64,000 nt of DNA from Eledone cirrhosa (lineage: Eukaryota), in the NCBI GenBank assembly GCA_964016885.1, contig OZ024743.1, forward strand, positions 290,284,001 through 290,348,000. Direction: 5' to 3'. The translations under genes and the position numbers were made by a program. Under the pieces are notes generated by a model that had not been told where the DNA came from, did not search any database, and saw only the letters and a program-made list of their open reading frames with translations. Positions 12,700 through 24,768 of the stretch are shown piece by piece. Positions within the stretch are counted from its first letter, which is position 1, and every line of letters begins with the position of its first letter.

Positions 12700-13860
12700 T
12701 CTTCTCCATGTACACTGGCTAAAAGGTGAACAGGTGTGGTCGCCGTTTGTCAGATGGGCCTTTCCGCAGCTTGTCTCTTGGTCTAAGCTGCTGTCCTGGG
12801 TCAAGTAGAGACTAAGATTGAGCGCCTACCATCTGGAATGTTGCCAACTGCACACTTCCGTCTACCAGGTGGACAATGCAGTCAGTGTATATGCATATCG
12901 AGTTCTATAGATGATTATTGCTGGGCAATGTGACGACACACTCGGAGAGACGCCGGACTTCAATTACGTCGCACCATCCAGTATGCTCCGGAGGACATTC
13001 GAGCTGGGGACTATGGGTGATTCCCCGAAATCCCTCGCTTACCATGCTACCGGGCGGCACTGTTGGTTTGACATAAACTCTACAGTCATGGAACTAGTGC
13101 CAGACGGACCTGCCCGATATGCGCGCAGAGCGATAAAATCGTTCTGCACGTATTCGCCCAATGCCTATGCATTACTGACTTGTTGAATTATGTCGAACAG
13201 ATGTTGTCGCGTATAGAACGGATCCGGCCATCGTTCGAGTCCCTAGTGAAGCCTACCACCTTCCTTTGGCCTGCAAGTGCAGATGATTTTCCTCTGCCTG
13301 CTGGCGGTAGTGAAAGAGGTTGTGGGGTGGACCTTGTTGAAAGGACTGAAAACGAAAATATTTTCTCTTCCGCCAAACCTCATCGACTTTTTCTAATTTA
13401 ATTTGGAAAGGAAGGCGAGGATGGAGACAGAAGTGCTGCCCCAAGTACATTTGCTGAAAGGTGGGTGAATGTGGAGAGGATGGCCCGTCCGAATGTGTCT
13501 ACAACGAGCATAGACCGGTTAGCTGTTAATTTGAGGAGTGGGATGCTTCTTGATGTGCTAGTCGATTACAAGCTGGTGTGTGCGGCTTTTCGGCAGCACA
13601 TTGTACCACTGTTCGGGTTGCGCAAGGGTCTGTCACTACTCCTGGTGACTGATCCGAAGTGCTGCAATAAAGGGATAATATTAGCCGATTTACAGGCAGC
13701 GTTGACGGGCTCTACGATGCACAAATCAGCCTGTTTGGTTGTTCTGCTCTATGAGCATTATGTAGGCATGCCATACTTCACAGATATATTTGAATCTCCA
13801 CAGTGAAAGCACTCAATGGTAGCGGCTGCTGACAACATCATTTTCCGTCTCTTTATGTTC
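12700..13860 (-). mobile_element. Heavily degraded putative RLE-type non-LTR element
   Basis: GC-richer block ending at a (TAA)n tract; weak remnants resembling GTxGC..QLVID and SHCPA...DCIVH in mixed frames. Confidence 0.35.
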
Positions 13861-15039
13861 ATTATTGTAAGGTATTTCATATCATATTGACCGTAATTGT
13901 AGGACATTTATATCAAGCTGACTGTAATTTTAGGTAATTTCTGCGACATCTTATTTATATATGAGCATGTATGGTGGAGAGTGGTGTTTAACAATGATTG
14001 CATGCATAAAAATATATAAGAATTAAAAAGATTTATGTGCATATACCAATGTTTCTAGTCATGTACGAATTCATTTAATTAAGCAATGTATAAATAATCG
14101 AGTCTTTGCCGGAGAGGCACTATGTAATGAGGATCCATATTTGCCCTGAACCTACAAGCTAGCTGTATTTTGCTAGGAGTCAAATTATGTTCATTTACAG
14201 ATATTGTTAATGTCGAAAGGATAATTTCATGTTTCTGTTCTAAATCCAAGCATATAATCTTGATAAATTACTCGTCTTTTTCCGCTCATTCTATATTTTC
14301 AGAACTATAAATAAAAAATCTATGCCTTTTATCCTCCAGAAACTTGCATACGTAATTTCAATAATTACCAAAAATCTATATTTCCATAATACCCTTCATA
14401 ACAGTATAATATACGTCCCATCAAACATGATGCAGAATTGTTAACTCTCTAGATATTTTGAGAAACTAAACCACATGTAGTTATATCTGATGATTACTCG
14501 GTACAAAATTGCTCTTTCTACAAAGTGAAGAGCTGCATCCCTCACTCAATGTAAACATGTTGTCGGCTCAAATATTTACTCCAATTTATATTTCTGATGT
14601 TTTCGCGAAAAATTGAAGCATGCATGGACACGACAACAGCTTAACCCACCAATCCAAATTAAATGAATAAACTAGTTTGGTCAAATATTCTCTTAGGTAA
14701 TATGATTTATCCAAAAGTAGCAATCAATCGTAAAATAGAATAATTCACCCCGTTAAAGGCGAATTAGCTAGGAGAGACACTGGATGGTGAAATATTTGCG
14801 TGACACATCTAAAACTTGTAATTTCCTTCGTGAAAATCAATGATATGTGGTACGTGTTTAGATTATGTATTTGACAAACTAAAACAGATTATAATGTTCG
14901 TGTATAACATTTAGGAAAACATAATCATTGGTTATGGGTAGATAATGTATGGAGTTTGCTGCTAATCTGAGATTACGCAACAAAAGTGAATATGTACCAA
15001 CGTTGATAATATTTCAAAATTGTATCCCAAGTTTTGAAA

Positions 15040-15767
15040 AATCAATCAGTGCAGCGTAATCTCTCAAGTAAGACTGCACAGCGCACTCTAGCTGTAAATG
15101 GAATTCCACTGAATCAGGTAGAGAAATTCAAATATCTTGGTGTCGTGTTCACGAGTGATGGAAGGCAGGAGGCTTAATTAAGTGGAAGAATTGCAGGAGC
15201 TGGTGCAGTCATGTGCCAGCTTCAGAATTCAATAGTCAGAAGAAAGGAGGTAGGTGTAAAAGCCAGCCTTGCTATCCTCAATCGGTATTGGTGCCAACCC
15301 TTGCCTATGGCAATGAATATTGCGTAATGACCGAAAAAATACGATCGCGAATACAAGCGAATGCAATGCGGTTCTACCGAAGGGTCTCTAGAGCAACATT
15401 ACTCGATAGAATGTGTAGCTCGGCGATCAGAGTGTCATTCCAGATACAGCCCCTGCATCTCTGAATTCGGAGATCACTTCTCTGATACTATGGGCATGTG
15501 GTTAGAATATCTCAGGAAAGAATACCTGGACAGATTTTACAGGCAAAACCAATCGGCAGAAAGACCCCAGGGGTAGAACCTTAGCAAGACGTTGGGATAA
15601 CATACACGAGCTTGGATTGTCTCGCTTGGGGTTCCAGCCGTATAGTTGGAGACGGTTGCTTCTAACAGGACCCTTTGGAAAGATGGATTGCGGATTGTGA
15701 CTCGATGAATCTCCCATGAAGAAGAAGAAGAAGAAGAAGAAGAAGAAGAAGAAGAAGAAGAAGAAGA
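15040..15767 (+). mobile_element. 5'-truncated RTE-clade LINE with (GAA)n tail
   Basis: VEKFKYLGVVFTSDG...VPTLAYGNE..VMTEKIRSRIQA..MRFYRRV...YYGHV..; (GAA)n at about 15718-15768. Confidence 0.88.
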
Positions 15768-16764
15768 ATTATCCCAAGATTAACACTAACTAAGCAGATA
15801 TACCACCAATATCTTCGATGGCCATTCCACCTTTCTTTTTCAACAATAGTGTAATTGATATCACATCATAATATGTGTCCATTTAACAGATTTTAGTTTT
15901 GCATTTGATTGTCATTTATCTGCTACCATCGAACTACAGGATGACACAGATCAACATGCTTATTCATGCACGAAATCGTTAGTAAAACAACCGCTTTTAA
16001 CACAAAGTTTTCGCTAGTATGTGTTTTAAGTGAAAGCTGCTCTCAGGACGGGCAAGCCTTTTTAAATAGATTGATTGACATGTTTTGTACGAGAATTTGA
16101 TGCTATCCATTCAATCAATGCAGTAGTACCTTTCTTGTTGAGAAAAGTTGGTTGGATAGATGACTACATATTCGTTATTCTATGCTAGAATTGAATGCAA
16201 TGATAATTGCATTAGGTAATATATTGTAACGAAAATAGAAAGTGTAGCAAACGAGGAAATACAAATTCAATCGGATATGAGATCATAATTAGAGTATCAA
16301 TTCGAAATTTCATGTTTTACCACGTATTTAATACTATCATTTTGCAGTAAATACAATATTTTGTAAAAATATATACAACATATTACTTGCTGAATCATTG
16401 CCAGTAAACGAACTGACTAACAACAATTGTATGCTTTCTACAACCTGCTGAGAGAGCGTACATGTAGATTATAGGAAATATGATTGATGGACGAAGACGT
16501 CAAAGGAGCAAATAAATATTTGTTTCACTTCGATCTCAGGTTATTATTTTCAGTTATTTTGTGTGTGACAGATACATATCAAAAAGATGTAATGTATTAA
16601 CATAAATATATTTGTGTGTGTTTGCTTGAAATTGGAGGAGCGCATGCGTACATATGAATGTTGGATTTTTAGTGTAGATGAGTCATACTCTTGTGTCTGA
16701 TTGTCAAATAACATTACATGAAAATAAATGATGTGATTTTCGAATATGTAAAAATATTTGTATC

Positions 16765-16810
16765 TCTCTCTCTTCCTCTCTCTATCCCTCTCTCTCTCTC
16801 TCTCTCTCTC

Positions 16811-16896
<86 letters not shown>

Positions 16897-16930
16897 GAAC
16901 TATCTATCTATTTACCATATATATATATAT
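16765..16930. repeat. Compound (CT)n(TA)n(GA)n microsatellite
   Basis: Seen directly. Confidence 0.95.
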
Positions 16931-17769
16931 TTGTCTATCCATCTCTCTATCTCTTTATATATATCGTTTTTTTTTGTTTTTAATCTATTTTAATTAGCAT
17001 ACATGTGGTCATTATTTTATTCGTGTTGCTTCCCTTTCATATCGTCACTGGGTCCACTCTGGGTCCATGTCAGAAATTTATTTCTCGCACCATAGAATAA
17101 TATAGATACTTCCTCAGATGATTCGACTTGTGTTGCAAACGGGTAAATGCAACTAATATGTACTATTATATATATTATTCTCCTGGATTTTCTTTATGAG
17201 ATCTAGTTTTGCTGGGTTTTGAGGTCTGAGTGACAATTCCTTTGTTTTATTCACACCAAGAATTCCCGCTTGAAACGTGTTAACTTTATTTTCTTCTTCA
17301 GCATCAGAACCTTACAACTACTACTATGTGTGCCAGCATCTGAAGATGTATGTATTTGACCGAATGTTTATTGGGTGCACTTACAGCTTACGAATGGACA
17401 AACATAACTTTTAACTAGAATAGATACATCAGAAACCGTTACGGTCCGAGCAAGATACAAATCCTTTCACTTTTGATATTCAATGTTGCTGTCGTTATCT
17501 ATTGTAATTGGCATATCATCATCTACCACTTTAACCAGTAACGTTGCTGGATCGTGGCCTTTGAAAATGGATACGTTCTATCCAGTTATCCATTTCCAAG
17601 TATCCTCCGGTGTCAATCCATTTCTTCGCAGATATTTTATATTTTGTAATTAACATGCATGCGGCGAAAAGTTTATTCGTGGCGTTTCCCTTTCACATCG
17701 GTTTAGAGTACACTCTCATGACAGGAATTTATTTTTTTAATCATCGTGTATATATATATATATATATAT

Positions 17770-20700
17770 TTTTTTTTTTTTGCGAGGTTTTTTATATGAA
17801 ATCGTGTGTCGAAACAAATATTGTTATACTTGGGGAGGGTCATATTTGGGTAATATTGCCAGAATTAATAACAGAACACACTCACTGTTTGGTTGGTTTT
17901 CGATTCTCGCTGTCTTTTATATCGGTAATCAAACTTACTCGGTCCTCAATGTTGCCATTGACTGACCGGCAGTCAAAAATAATACAGATACAATATAGAC
18001 ACAAACACATATATATAGTTTATCATAAATCTTTCGTTGCACATCTGCAACATCGTCAGTGGTGTTATATTTTTCTCCTGTTGTGTTGTATGTCTACGCC
18101 ATTTTTTTATTCAGTCTGTCTATATATTTATTTATTTATTTGCTTGTTTGTTTATTTTATTTTGTCTTCTTTGCGCATGCGTTTGCGTGTGTGTATAGTG
18201 TTATGTTTGCTGTGTGATAGGTGACTAGTGTGTGTTTATGTGCTTGTTGTTATTGTGCTTGTGTATGTATTTATTTATCTTATTTTATTTACTTATTTAT
18301 ACTTCTCTTAGGTCAGTGTTGTTTGTTTGGGGGTTGTTATTATTCCATTCATTCTTTCTGTTTAGCTTTGGTCTTCTAATTTCTATTTCACTGGCCTCTC
18401 TGATTTGCCTATCTGCTGGGTCATTTCTATGTTTAGATATTATTCTAATTTCTATCTTGTCTATGTTACCGTCATGTTGTTGTCTAGCATGTTCGTATAG
18501 TACTGACCCGTTTTTTCGTCCGTTTAGTTCCCCCCAGTGTTGGTCTATTCTTTCACCTATGCTACGAGCTGTCTCACCTATGTATGTTGTTGTCATGTTT
18601 CTGCAAGTACCCTCTGTACATCTTATGCTATAGACTACGTTTCTAGTTTTACAGTTTATCCGGGGGTTCACCTTACATATGATACATTTCCTATTGGTAC
18701 AGTGGGTTTTCTTAAAAGGGTAAGTTTTGCTGATCAGGGATTTTATGGTGGTTCCTGGCTTTTCTACCACCTTTATTTTTAAGTGGGTCTTTCTCAGGGC
18801 CTTTCTACACTGGTTAGCTAATTTCCCTCCAGGGGTGGCGTCCACAAACATGACACTCTGGTATCTCTGGTTGTCGTACCATGATGTGGCTTTCCCTATC
18901 TTATGTCTAGCCCTATCTAAGGTATTCCATGATTTGCTCCTGTATAATGGGCAAATTCCTTTCATGTCCAGTTCTATGAGGGTCTTATACTTTTCCATGG
19001 CTCCTTCGTATACTCTGACTCTGTCTCTTTGGTTGTAGCCAGAGAACTGCATGCGGTTGATGAAGTGTTGGATGTGTCTTTCCAGTTCTGTTGGGTCGCA
19101 CATGCGGGACACATTCTTCATCACTCGTACCATATCTGCGATCAGATTATTAAACTTAGCACTACTGGACATTGCTGAGTTTTGAGTATCAGGTATTTGG
19201 AGGGCATGGGTTTAGCATAATGTAAGTGGAGAATTTGGGCTCTCTCGTCTTTAGTGTTAATCCAGAGTTCTGTGTCTAATACAGGTAGTCTATTGTTAGG
19301 GTGTTTGGAAGGGAAGTCGATAGTTACAGTTATACTCTGGTGTATGGAATTAGCTATCTGCTGGATGCTTTCCATCGTGCTACGTTCTAAATCAAACTTG
19401 TTAGTGCTCTCTAGTGGGGGTGTTCTTATAACTATATTGATATCGTCTACATAACGAGAGTACATGATGAGGTCTATGGAGCTTTCATTAAGATCTTTAA
19501 GTCTCCTTTCCCACCATACCATGAAAAGGTTGGCAACATCACCAGCTATGCTGACGCCGATGGCTGCTCCCTCATTGTGGGTGTAGATTTTCTCATTGAA
19601 CTTAAATATGTGGCCCTTTAGGGTAGTTTTGATACTAGCCCCTATTGCACGTGCGACCATTTTTCTTACCTGATCATTGTTTTGGGGGGTCTGTATAGCT
19701 TTGGTCCACCCAATCCACGTTCCCATGGGAGTCTTTTTTGCCATTGAGGTTATGGTGGCGGGTCTACCTCTTATAGGTCTACTAGGGCAGAAACGTCTAA
19801 GGTCATGGCTGTCTAGGTAGTCAGTGTCGTAGGTAAGTCTAAGTAGGAGGCCCAGTTCGTCTGTGTCGACGTCGAGGAAACTCCACCTCACTCTCAATGA
19901 TCATCTCCACACATCTTTTCACAGCAAAATCAATGTTAATGGATGGGTACAGTGACACCACATCCATGCTGCCTATTATGCAGTTGGATAGGCTCCTGTT
20001 TTTGTTGCACTCACTGATTCTTTTGAGGAGGTCCTCTGTACTGTCACACATCTGGGGACATCTTGATTATGGGGCGTATAACCATTGAGAGGAAGTAGGA
20101 GATCCTGTAGTTGCTAGCTATATTAGCTCCGCATACGGGTATTGTTGGTGGTCCTGTTGTCTTCTGGTCTTTGCAGAGCCCATACAAGGGTGGTATGCCA
20201 TTGTTAGACGCCTGGAAGTTATTGGCAGTGCGTCTGCTTGGCTTTAGGATGTCAGTCCACATCATGTGAGCGTTGAGGATTTTTTCTCTCCCATCGTGTG
20301 TTTGTTGTGCAACTTCGCTCGTGTTAGTGATGTGGGGTTGCATTGCCTCGATGTAGTTCGGCATGCTATCTATTGACATCCTACCAGACTTATCTGTAGG
20401 TAGACACACTACCTCGCCATCCCTTGTGCGCTGCTTAAGGCTAACCAAGCCTTCTACAGGTTTCCTCCCAAGTTGTTGGGCCTCTGGTCTGCTCTGTCTC
20501 TTAGTATACCTGTCTACTATTTGTGTAATCTTATTTCTAGCCATAGTGAACTGTGCCTCTGTCTCGTCATCTATTTGTTGTGGTATGCAAACTCTTTTAT
20601 TAAAGGGTAACCTCGTAGTTATATATTACCCATCTTATATGTTTTGTCAGCTGGGTTGACAAATAGTTTATCTAAGGGGTTGTCATTATATCTATCGTCA

Positions 20701-21679
20701 TAGTTGTGTGTGTTGCTATTGTTGTTATCAGGGTGGTTGTTGTTGTTTCTATCATTAGCATTATTATTATTATTATGATTGCTAGATATATTGTTGTTTA
20801 CTTCACCGTTATTGTTGTTGTTGTTACTGTTATTTCTACCATTGTGGTTGTTACTTGTATTATGTTTCTTGTTTTTGTTGTGTCTATCATTGATGTTGCT
20901 ACATGTACTATTTCCATTATTACCACTGTGGTTATTGTTGTTGTTGTTCGTATTGTTACCGTTATTACTACTGTGGTCGCTGTTGCTGTGTCTGTGGTTA
21001 ATGTTTCTATTATTATTATTATTGTGGTTGTTATTGTTCTGTCTATCGCTAGTATTATTACCATTATCACTATTTCTCACTTTCCTGCTATTGTTATGGT
21101 TATGGCTGTTATTTCTATACCCAGAGTTATTGTTTATATTACTACTACCGTTATTATTGTTGTGTTTGTTGTTGTTTACCTTTGCATTCCAACGTAGTTT
21201 TGTGAAACACTTTTCCAGCTGCGTTTTGCACTCCATAGGGTTAATCTTTTTGTAGATGGCAAATTTTGGTGGTAACCGTAGGATTTGTTGTTCTTGTTCA
21301 CTGATTAAAGTGTTCCCATATATATTTACTGTGTGGTCATTGGTAAATTCTTCCGGTAGTTTTACATCAGTCATACGGATATTGTCGATGTTATCTGGGT
21401 ATTTTTGAGAATATTCGATTTTCCTTTCTTGTAGTTTTTTCTTATTCATCCATTCTAATTTCTTCTTGAAATGCCTATTGCATTCGTTTCGAGCGTATTT
21501 TGTTTCACGTCGGATGGCGCTCATGAAGTTATCTCTCTCGTTTGCTGTGATGAGATTTCGGATTTCCTTACCGTTAATGCGTTTCTGTCTGTAGAGTACG
21601 TTGACTTTTGTGTATGTTGTTCTTTTCATATTAACTGTTATTGTGTGTTTTAGTCGTTCGGCTTGTGTTTTGTTCAATA
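17770..21679 (-). mobile_element. Penelope-like element PLE-1, left arm (N-terminus with Asn-rich tract, RT, GIY-YIG, 3' pLTR plus extension)
   Basis: ORFs 20619-21677, 20044-20544, 19839-20051 (GSMDVVSLYPSI), 19142-19897 (GAAIG, RYVDD, LPVLD) and 18297-19172 (CxxxxCxxC, NVVY..YIGETAR); frameshifted. Confidence 0.95.
18023..18062 (-). ncRNA. Minimal type I hammerhead ribozyme in PLE-1 pLTR (mirror copy 23777-23816 has C3>A)
   Basis: CCA-CUGACGA-U-GUUGCA gaug UGCAAC-GAAA-GAUU-UA-UGA. Confidence 0.75.
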
Positions 21680-21685
21680 ATATTC

Positions 21686-24016
21686 AATTCTGGCAATATT
21701 ACACAAATATGACCCTCCCCAAGTATAACAATATTTGTTTCGACACACGATTTCATATAAAAAACCTCGCAAAACTAATTCATCCCCGCTACGGCATTAG
21801 CTTGTGCCAAGCTGAAAGGTTATTGAAAGACACTGTATTCTGTTACATAAAAACTACAATAACAACAGAACAAATCCGCTTCTTAAAACACTGTGTTTCC
21901 TCCAAAACATACACAACAAACATATCAAAACAAGTAAATAATTTATTATTGAACAAAACACAAGCCGAACAACTAAAGCACACAATAACAGTTAATATGA
22001 AAAGAACAACATACACAAAAGGCAACGCACTCTACAGACAGCCATGACCTTAGATGTTTCTGCCCTAGTAGACCTATAAGAGGTAGACCCCCCACCATAA
22101 CCTCAATGGCAAAAACGACTCCCATGGGAAGGTGGATTAGGTGGACCAAAGCTATACAGACCCCCCAAAACAATGATTAGGTAAGAAAAATGGTCGCACG
22201 TGCAATAGGGGCTAGTATTAAAACTACCCTAAAGGGCCACATATTTAAGTTCAATGAGAAAATCTACACCCAAAATGAGGGAGCAGCCATCAGCGTTAGC
22301 ATAGCTGGTGATATTGCCAACCTTTTCATGGCATGGTGGGAAAGGAGACTTAATGAAAGCTCCATAGACCTCATCATGTACTCTCGTTATGTAGACGATA
22401 TCAATATAGTTATAAGAACACCCCCACTAGAGAGCACTAACAAGTTTGATTTAGAACGTAGCACGATGGAAAGCATCCAGCAGATAGCTAATTCCATACA
22501 CCAGAGTATAACTGTAACTATCGACTTCCCTTCCAAACACCCTAACAATAGACTACCTGTATTAGACACAGAACTCTGGATTAACACTAAAGACGAGAGA
22601 GCCCAAATTCTCCACTCACACTATGCTAAACCCGTGGCCTCCAAATACCTGATACTCAAAGACTCAGCAATGCCCAGTAGTGCTAAGTTTAATATTCTGA
22701 TCGCAGATTTGGTACGAGTGATGAAGAATGTGTCCCGCATGTGCGACCCAACAGAAATGGAAAGACACATCCAACACTTCATCAACCGCATGCAGTTCTC
22801 TGGCTACAACCAAAGAGACAAAGTCAGAGTATACGAAGGAGCCATGGAAAAGTATAAGACCCTCATAGAACTGGACATGAAAGGAATTTGCCCATTATAC
22901 AGGTGCAAATCATGGAATACCTTAGATAGGGCTAGACATAAGATAGGGAAAGCCACATCATGGTACGACAACCAGAGATACCAGAGTGTCATGTTTGTGG
23001 ACGCCACCCCTGGAGGGAAATTAGCTAACCAGTGTAGAAAGGCCCTGAGAAAGACCCACTTAAAAATAAAGGTGGTAGAAAAGCCAGGAACCACCATAAA
23101 ATCCCTGGTCAGCAAAACCTACCCTTTTAAGAAAACTCACTGTACCAATAGGAAATGTATCATATGTAAGGTGAACCCCCGGATAGACTGTAAAACTAGA
23201 AACGTAGTCTATAGCATCAGATGTACAGAGGGTACTTGCAGAAACATGACAACAACATACATAGGTGAAACAGCTCGTAGCATAGGTGAAAGGATAGACC
23301 AACACTGGGGGGAACTAAAAGGACGAAAAAACGGGTCAGTACTATACGAACATGCTAGACAACATGACGGTAACATAGACAAGATAGAAATTAGAATAAT
23401 ATCTAAACATAGAAATGACCCAGCAGATAGGCAAATCAGAGAGGCCAGTGAAATAGAAATTAGAAGACCAAAGCTAAACAGAAAGAAGGAATGGAATAAC
23501 AACAACATCCAAACAAACAACACTGACCTAAGAGAAGTATAAATAAGTAAATAAAATAAGATGAATAAATACATACACAAGCACAATAACAACAAGCACA
23601 TAAACACACACTAGTCACCCATCACACAGCAAACATAACACTATACACACAGGCAAACGCATGCGCAAAGAAGACAAAATAAAATAAACAAACAAGCAAA
23701 TAAATAAATAAATATATAGACAGACTGAATAAAAAAATGGCGTAGACATACAACACAACAGGAGAAAAATATAACACCAATGACGATGTTGCAGATGTGC
23801 AACGAAAGATTTATGATAAACTATATATATGTGTTTGTGTCTATATTGTATCTGTATTATTTTTGACCGTCGGTCAGTCAATGGCAACATTGAGGACCGA
23901 GTAAGTTAGATTACTGATATAAAAGACAGCGAGAAGCGAAAACCAACCAAACAGTGAGTGTGTTCTGTTATTAATTCTGGCAATATTACACAAATATGAC
24001 CCTCCCCAAGTATAAA
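21686..24016 (+). mobile_element. PLE-1 right arm: pLTR end plus ORF start, about 1.8 kb internal deletion, then RT C-half, GIY-YIG and 3' pLTR
   Basis: 21686-21774 repeats 17782-17866 in inverse; deletion junction AGACAG at about 22036-22041; ORF 22190-23542; 23543-24016 is the inverse of about 17825-18296. Confidence 0.95.
22190..23542 (+). CDS. PLE RT (C-terminal half) + GIY-YIG endonuclease, uninterrupted 450 aa fragment
   Basis: RYVDD, LPVLD thumb, CTNRKCIIC, NVVYSIRC, YIGETARSIGERIDQH, RQIREA. Confidence 0.85.
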   Translation: MVARAIGASIKTTLKGHIFKFNEKIYTQNEGAAISVSIAGDIANLFMAWWERRLNESSIDLIMYSRYVDDINIVIRTPPLESTNKFDLERSTMESIQQIANSIHQSITVTIDFPSKHPNNRLPVLDTELWINTKDERAQILHSHYAKPVASKYLILKDSAMPSSAKFNILIADLVRVMKNVSRMCDPTEMERHIQHFINRMQFSGYNQRDKVRVYEGAMEKYKTLIELDMKGICPLYRCKSWNTLDRARHKIGKATSWYDNQRYQSVMFVDATPGGKLANQCRKALRKTHLKIKVVEKPGTTIKSLVSKTYPFKKTHCTNRKCIICKVNPRIDCKTRNVVYSIRCTEGTCRNMTTTYIGETARSIGERIDQHWGELKGRKNGSVLYEHARQHDGNIDKIEIRIISKHRNDPADRQIREASEIEIRRPKLNRKKEWNNNNIQTNNTDLREV

Positions 24017-24239
24017 AATATATATATATAAATATATATATATAAATATGAATATATATATATATAAATATATATATATATATTTATTTAATTAGGTTTG
24101 TTGGTTCACCACTGGATAGAACTGGTCATTCCGTATGGTCAACCTCGATGTAATAATATGGAGAGCACTCAACGTAATGCAATCACCCGTCTTCGTTAGT
24201 GTAGTAGGTGGTGCGAGTACGGAGTTAATTATTATAATG

Positions 24240-24655
24240 TAACAGGAGGCTGGACTGGTGTAAATCCTTGAAAGGTTTATTATACTATGATCATTTCAAT
24301 GACCGGGTTCAGTATGAATCCGGTGACATCATCAGGTATTCAAAATATAATAAAGGAATATAACAGATAAAATCCATGGGGCTGAAAATCAGAGACAAGA
24401 GGACGACCGATTATTTAAAGGCTTCTATCTCTGACGGCCGCCCTAAAGTGTTGATCAACACTTGAGGGCGGCCAGCGGAGGTAGAAGCTGCTAAATAGAC
24501 GGTCGTCATCTTGCCTCTGATTTTCAGCTCCCTGGATTTTAACTGTTATATCCATTTGTTATATTTTGAATAACTGATGATGTCACCGGATTCATACTGA
24601 ACCCGGTCATTGTAATAAACCTTACAAGGATTTACACCAGTCCAGCCTCCTGTTA
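24240..24655. mobile_element. About 415 bp foldback (inverted repeat) derived from a PLE pLTR
   Basis: Arms from taacaggaggctggactggtg to caccagtccagcctcctgtta, centred on gtgttgatcaacac; abuts (TA)n. Confidence 0.9.
24282..24339 (-). ncRNA. Intact type I hammerhead ribozyme
   Basis: AUAC-CUGAUGA-helix II (ACCGG/UUCA..UGAA/CCGGU)-GAAA-UGAUCA-UA-GUAU, followed by AAUAAA; palindromic helix III. Confidence 0.85.
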
Positions 24656-24658
24656 TTT

Positions 24659-24722
<64 letters not shown>

Positions 24723-24768
24723 AAATGTGGAGGGAAATCACACGAGATAGGATATATATATATATATA

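Noticed and set aside
20706-21255. Long hydrophobic plus-strand ORFs (also 27518-27904 minus)
   Set aside because: Antisense shadows of low-complexity PLE coding tracts
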